From an uncultured bacterium (GTDB taxonomy: Bacteria > Auribacterota > Erginobacteria > Erginobacterales > Erginobacteraceae): a DNA stretch of 64,000 nt. Below the pieces are notes generated by a model, which was given only the letters and a program-made list of their open reading frames with translations, ran no database searches and had not been told where the DNA came from. Each line of letters begins with the position of its first letter. The stretch's first letter is position 1. Shown here piece by piece: positions 61,064 through 64,000 of this stretch. The stretch covers positions 64,001 to 128,000 of the forward strand of contig CAWGIE010000031.1 in NCBI GenBank assembly GCA_963822585.1. The letters are read 5' to 3'. The position numbers and the translations under genes were made by a program.

Positions 61064-62763
61064 TATTTGGCCTCTTTCACCAGCATAAAATAAACTTCGT
61101 CCATTCCCGGCACCTGAAAAAGCTCAACCTGGTCCGCCGGCATTTGAGCCACGGTTTGAATATCATCACGCGACCAGAACGGATCTTCCGACCGCCGGCC
61201 GTCAGCGGCCGGTTCAAATGTGTATATGAAGAGATGATTTCCTCCGAGAGCGCGGATGTAATCAACCTGTTCCAGTATCTTTAACGGTGCGCGAAGCGCG
61301 TCTTTCCGGGAGTACCCCCAGAAATGTAACTTGGATATGATATCCCGGTTGATTATCGGGTAATCGAAATACGGGTTCCCCCAGATCAAAACCTCGGTCC
61401 GGCGATTGTAACGTATCGACTGAACCTGGTCCCCGTATTGCCGCACATTTTCGGCGAATTCCTTTAATTGCACCCGGGAATAGACGTAATCCGGCTGCGA
61501 AACCGAGTCCAGGTAGCGATATACATTATAACCTCCGGGCAGAATCAGTATCGCCCCTAAAACTAATTTCACGTATTGAAGACGTTTATTGAGTGGGCTC
61601 CTCGCCCGCGCCAATAAGTAAACGCCCCGGATCCCTATGGCGATGAAGATTGCCACCGCTTCCAATCCATTGATAACGCGACGTTCCAACAGCCTGCTCG
61701 AAGCGAAGAGGACGATCAGGAAAAAGATTGAGAACCAGAGCAATAAATACACGTTGTTTTGCTTTAAATTCACCAGGCAGATCATGATCCCAATCAATAA
61801 AAAAGGGAAATACAGAACACTGAATATATTTACCGGCTGATTCCATTCCCGGTCTTCGTGGTTGTAAAACGGTTCAGTCCGGAGAGAAAAAAAGTAACTG
61901 GCTGTACGGATGTTGGCCTTCAATCTATCGCCAAGCTCACGAACAGCCTCCCAATTGATCGCCTCGATTGATCGAAAAGGTGTCCGCTCGGGGGATAAGA
62001 GGCTGTTGTTCCGGATGAAATCATAACCTCCATCCCGGAAAATTGCGTCAGAGGCGGCCACCAGAGCGACGATCAGGACAGCGAAAACCACCAGACTTTT
62101 CCAGTATCGCTTAAAATAAACTCCATAGAGCGACAACACCCAGACGCTCACCAGCCGGGCGGAAGCGTAGAGGGGCAGCGTCAAATACGTCAGAAGCGAT
62201 AGTAATACTGTTTTGAGGTAATTATTCGATTTCAGCGATGTAGCCAGAACATACCCGGTCACCGACACTGCCATACAGGAAAAGGGGATATACCCGTAGG
62301 AGAGCATCTCATCCAGATAGACGGGGGTGGTGACCAGGATGAATATGGCAATTATGCCCACTGAAGGGCTGAACAGCAGCGCCGCCGTCCGGTAGAGGAA
62401 GACGAGGGAGACCACTAGGGAAACGAGGGCGACCAGTCTCAGGCAGAGCAGTCGGTGCGGCAGCAGGTAATACGCCAGTTTAACCACTGCCGCGTAAGGA
62501 AGAGCGTTGAATGAGATTGAGTTGTCTCCAGGCGAATATCTCATCGCCGGGGTCAATTTTAAGTCCATCGCCAGGGCCAGCACGTTTGATCGGGGAATCG
62601 GCCAACCATATCCGGGTGAGAACTTCTTCAGTGGACGAAGTTCCACGATAGTCGCCAGCAAACAGACCAGGACCAGGAAAATTATCATCAACACCCGGTA
62701 CCGGCGCGGAGTAACTACCGGTGAAGCAAAGCTGTCCCGGCTTAATTCTGAATAGGTCCTCAT
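61063..62763 (-). CDS. GT-C (PMT_2/ArnT-like) membrane glycosyltransferase
   Basis: LCLRLVAL...LYR...LF, YASAR and ERR motifs; about 10 TMs. Confidence 0.6.
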   Translation of the reverse strand: MRTYSELSRDSFASPVVTPRRYRVLMIIFLVLVCLLATIVELRPLKKFSPGYGWPIPRSNVLALAMDLKLTPAMRYSPGDNSISFNALPYAAVVKLAYYLLPHRLLCLRLVALVSLVVSLVFLYRTAALLFSPSVGIIAIFILVTTPVYLDEMLSYGYIPFSCMAVSVTGYVLATSLKSNNYLKTVLLSLLTYLTLPLYASARLVSVWVLSLYGVYFKRYWKSLVVFAVLIVALVAASDAIFRDGGYDFIRNNSLLSPERTPFRSIEAINWEAVRELGDRLKANIRTASYFFSLRTEPFYNHEDREWNQPVNIFSVLYFPFLLIGIMICLVNLKQNNVYLLLWFSIFFLIVLFASSRLLERRVINGLEAVAIFIAIGIRGVYLLARARSPLNKRLQYVKLVLGAILILPGGYNVYRYLDSVSQPDYVYSRVQLKEFAENVRQYGDQVQSIRYNRRTEVLIWGNPYFDYPIINRDIISKLHFWGYSRKDALRAPLKILEQVDYIRALGGNHLFIYTFEPAADGRRSEDPFWSRDDIQTVAQMPADQVELFQVPGMDEVYFMLVKEAK

Positions 62764-62823
62764 TAGATTGTTCTTTTACTGCCAGAATGGCGGCGGGTAT
62801 TTGCGGACGCCCCGGAACGAATA

Positions 62824-63999
62824 TCAATCATCGGGTGTCTGTTTGATTATCCGATACATATAAAACGCATTTGGCGGCCAGTAGATTGATTGGTGGACAG
62901 TGTCGGGGGCGTTGCCCGGTTTCTCCACCAGGGGAATTATCCGCTGGCGATCCGAGATCATCCGGTCCAGGGGATGGTAAAAGGCCAGCAGTTCTTTTCC
63001 CTCGTTGCGGGCGTCGCGGGCGATGAAGGTATCGAGGTAGAGCATATTGCCGCCGTCGCGGGGAAAATTTTCCGTCTCCACCCACTCCAGCCGATATTCC
63101 TTGCCGCCTAAAGTAAATGCGACCTGGGGACGGTCTTTGACCAGATCGAGATCAAGAACATCCGATTCATACGGGTAACCGGGCCAATGCACATTGCTGA
63201 AGCGGGGGTCGCTCATCATCGTCAACTGGACGGCCTGGATGGAGTCGCGGCCGGCCAGAATCCGCGCCGGTTGGTATTCCTCGATAGCGGCGATAAAGCG
63301 GTCGAGATCGATCCGGGTCACCCGGTCGCGGTAAAAACCGGGCAAGGAGAGGGCGAAAGGGATCACGGTCAACCCCATCAGGAGTCCGGCGACCGGCCGC
63401 CGGAGCGGCAGGGACCGCCGCCGCCAGAAAGAAAGGATGGCGGCCACGGCTTCCCCATAACCGAGCCACATCAGCGCGGCCAGGTAAACCGTCTGCCTGG
63501 TGCCGCCAAAGGTAATTAAGAGAAAGCGGTTGGCGAGCAGATGGCATACGACCACGGCGATGATCACCAGGGGAACGCCGGTACCGGGAAGTGAAAGCCA
63601 TGATCCGTGATCCGTGATCCGTGATCCGTGATCCGTGATCCGTGGGCCGTGGGCGGAAGACTGATTGCTGATTACTGATAACTGATTACGTTTTTTCCGT
63701 CTTCCCAGAACTTCACTTCCCCAACAAACTACAGCGGCAACCAACACCACCAAAAACGGCACCGAGACCCAGTTCCACTCCAGCGGGAGGTAGATCCGGG
63801 GGTTGAAGACCAGGGACCAGTGGTAGTTGAGAAAGTCGTAAAGTCTCACCAGGTAATAGCCCCACCAGGAGCCGTCCCAGACCGTCCCCGCCCCTCCCCT
63901 CCCGAGTAAAAATACCGGGTAGTAACGGTACATATATTCCCGGAAAGGTTCGTCCCGGGGGATCATCAGAAAGGTGGCGTAAAAATGGATGAAACTCAG
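62824..63999 (-). CDS. Multi-pass membrane protein, probably GT-C-like (5' partial)
   Basis: Frame is open to the window end; TM helices, FGGTRQ.VYL motif, soluble C-terminal domain. Confidence 0.6.
   Translation of the reverse strand: MSFIHFYATFLMIPRDEPFREYMYRYYPVFLLGRGGAGTVWDGSWWGYYLVRLYDFLNYHWSLVFNPRIYLPLEWNWVSVPFLVVLVAAVVCWGSEVLGRRKKRNQLSVISNQSSAHGPRITDHGSRITDHGSWLSLPGTGVPLVIIAVVVCHLLANRFLLITFGGTRQTVYLAALMWLGYGEAVAAILSFWRRRSLPLRRPVAGLLMGLTVIPFALSLPGFYRDRVTRIDLDRFIAAIEEYQPARILAGRDSIQAVQLTMMSDPRFSNVHWPGYPYESDVLDLDLVKDRPQVAFTLGGKEYRLEWVETENFPRDGGNMLYLDTFIARDARNEGKELLAFYHPLDRMISDRQRIIPLVEKPGNAPDTVHQSIYWPPNAFYMYRIIKQTPDD
63598..63689. repeat. In-frame heptamer-arm palindromic element with a (CCGTGAT)5 tandem repeat
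   Basis: ccatgat (ccgtgat)5 (ccgtggg)2 ... ctgattg ctgatta ctgataa ctgatta; translated NQLSVISNQSSAHGPRITDHGSRITDHGS. Confidence 0.9.
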
Positions 64000-64000
64000 A

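Noticed and set aside
63598..63689. CRISPR array
   Set aside because: These are contiguous 7-bp tandem units without spacers, and there are no cas genes.

Overview
A 64-kb, mostly GC-rich bacterial region that is almost entirely one cell-surface glycan/glycoconjugate tailoring supercluster, cut at both window ends. It encodes 13 radical SAM enzymes (10 with an N-terminal cobalamin-binding-type domain, 3 SPASM/twitch). These are interleaved with about 12 multi-pass membrane proteins of GT-C/YfhO/PMT type. There are also four GT2s, one GT9, an arylsulfotransferase, three Thr-nucleophile sulfatase-fold proteins, a TPR-SGNH protein and a transaldolase-GmhA-HddA-GmhB-HddC-epimerase nucleotide-heptose pathway. 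Two toxin-antitoxin pairs interrupt the heptose operon. One is flanked by a diverged duplicate of the gmhB 3' end and the other has a frameshifted putative toxin. hddA is frameshifted in a G8 tract. A heptamer-repeat palindromic element is inserted in frame into three membrane-protein genes, and several MITE/REP/RPE-like hairpin elements occupy intergenic spaces. No rRNA, tRNA, CRISPR, transposase or taxonomic marker gene was recognised. All family assignments come from motifs read by eye, not database searches.
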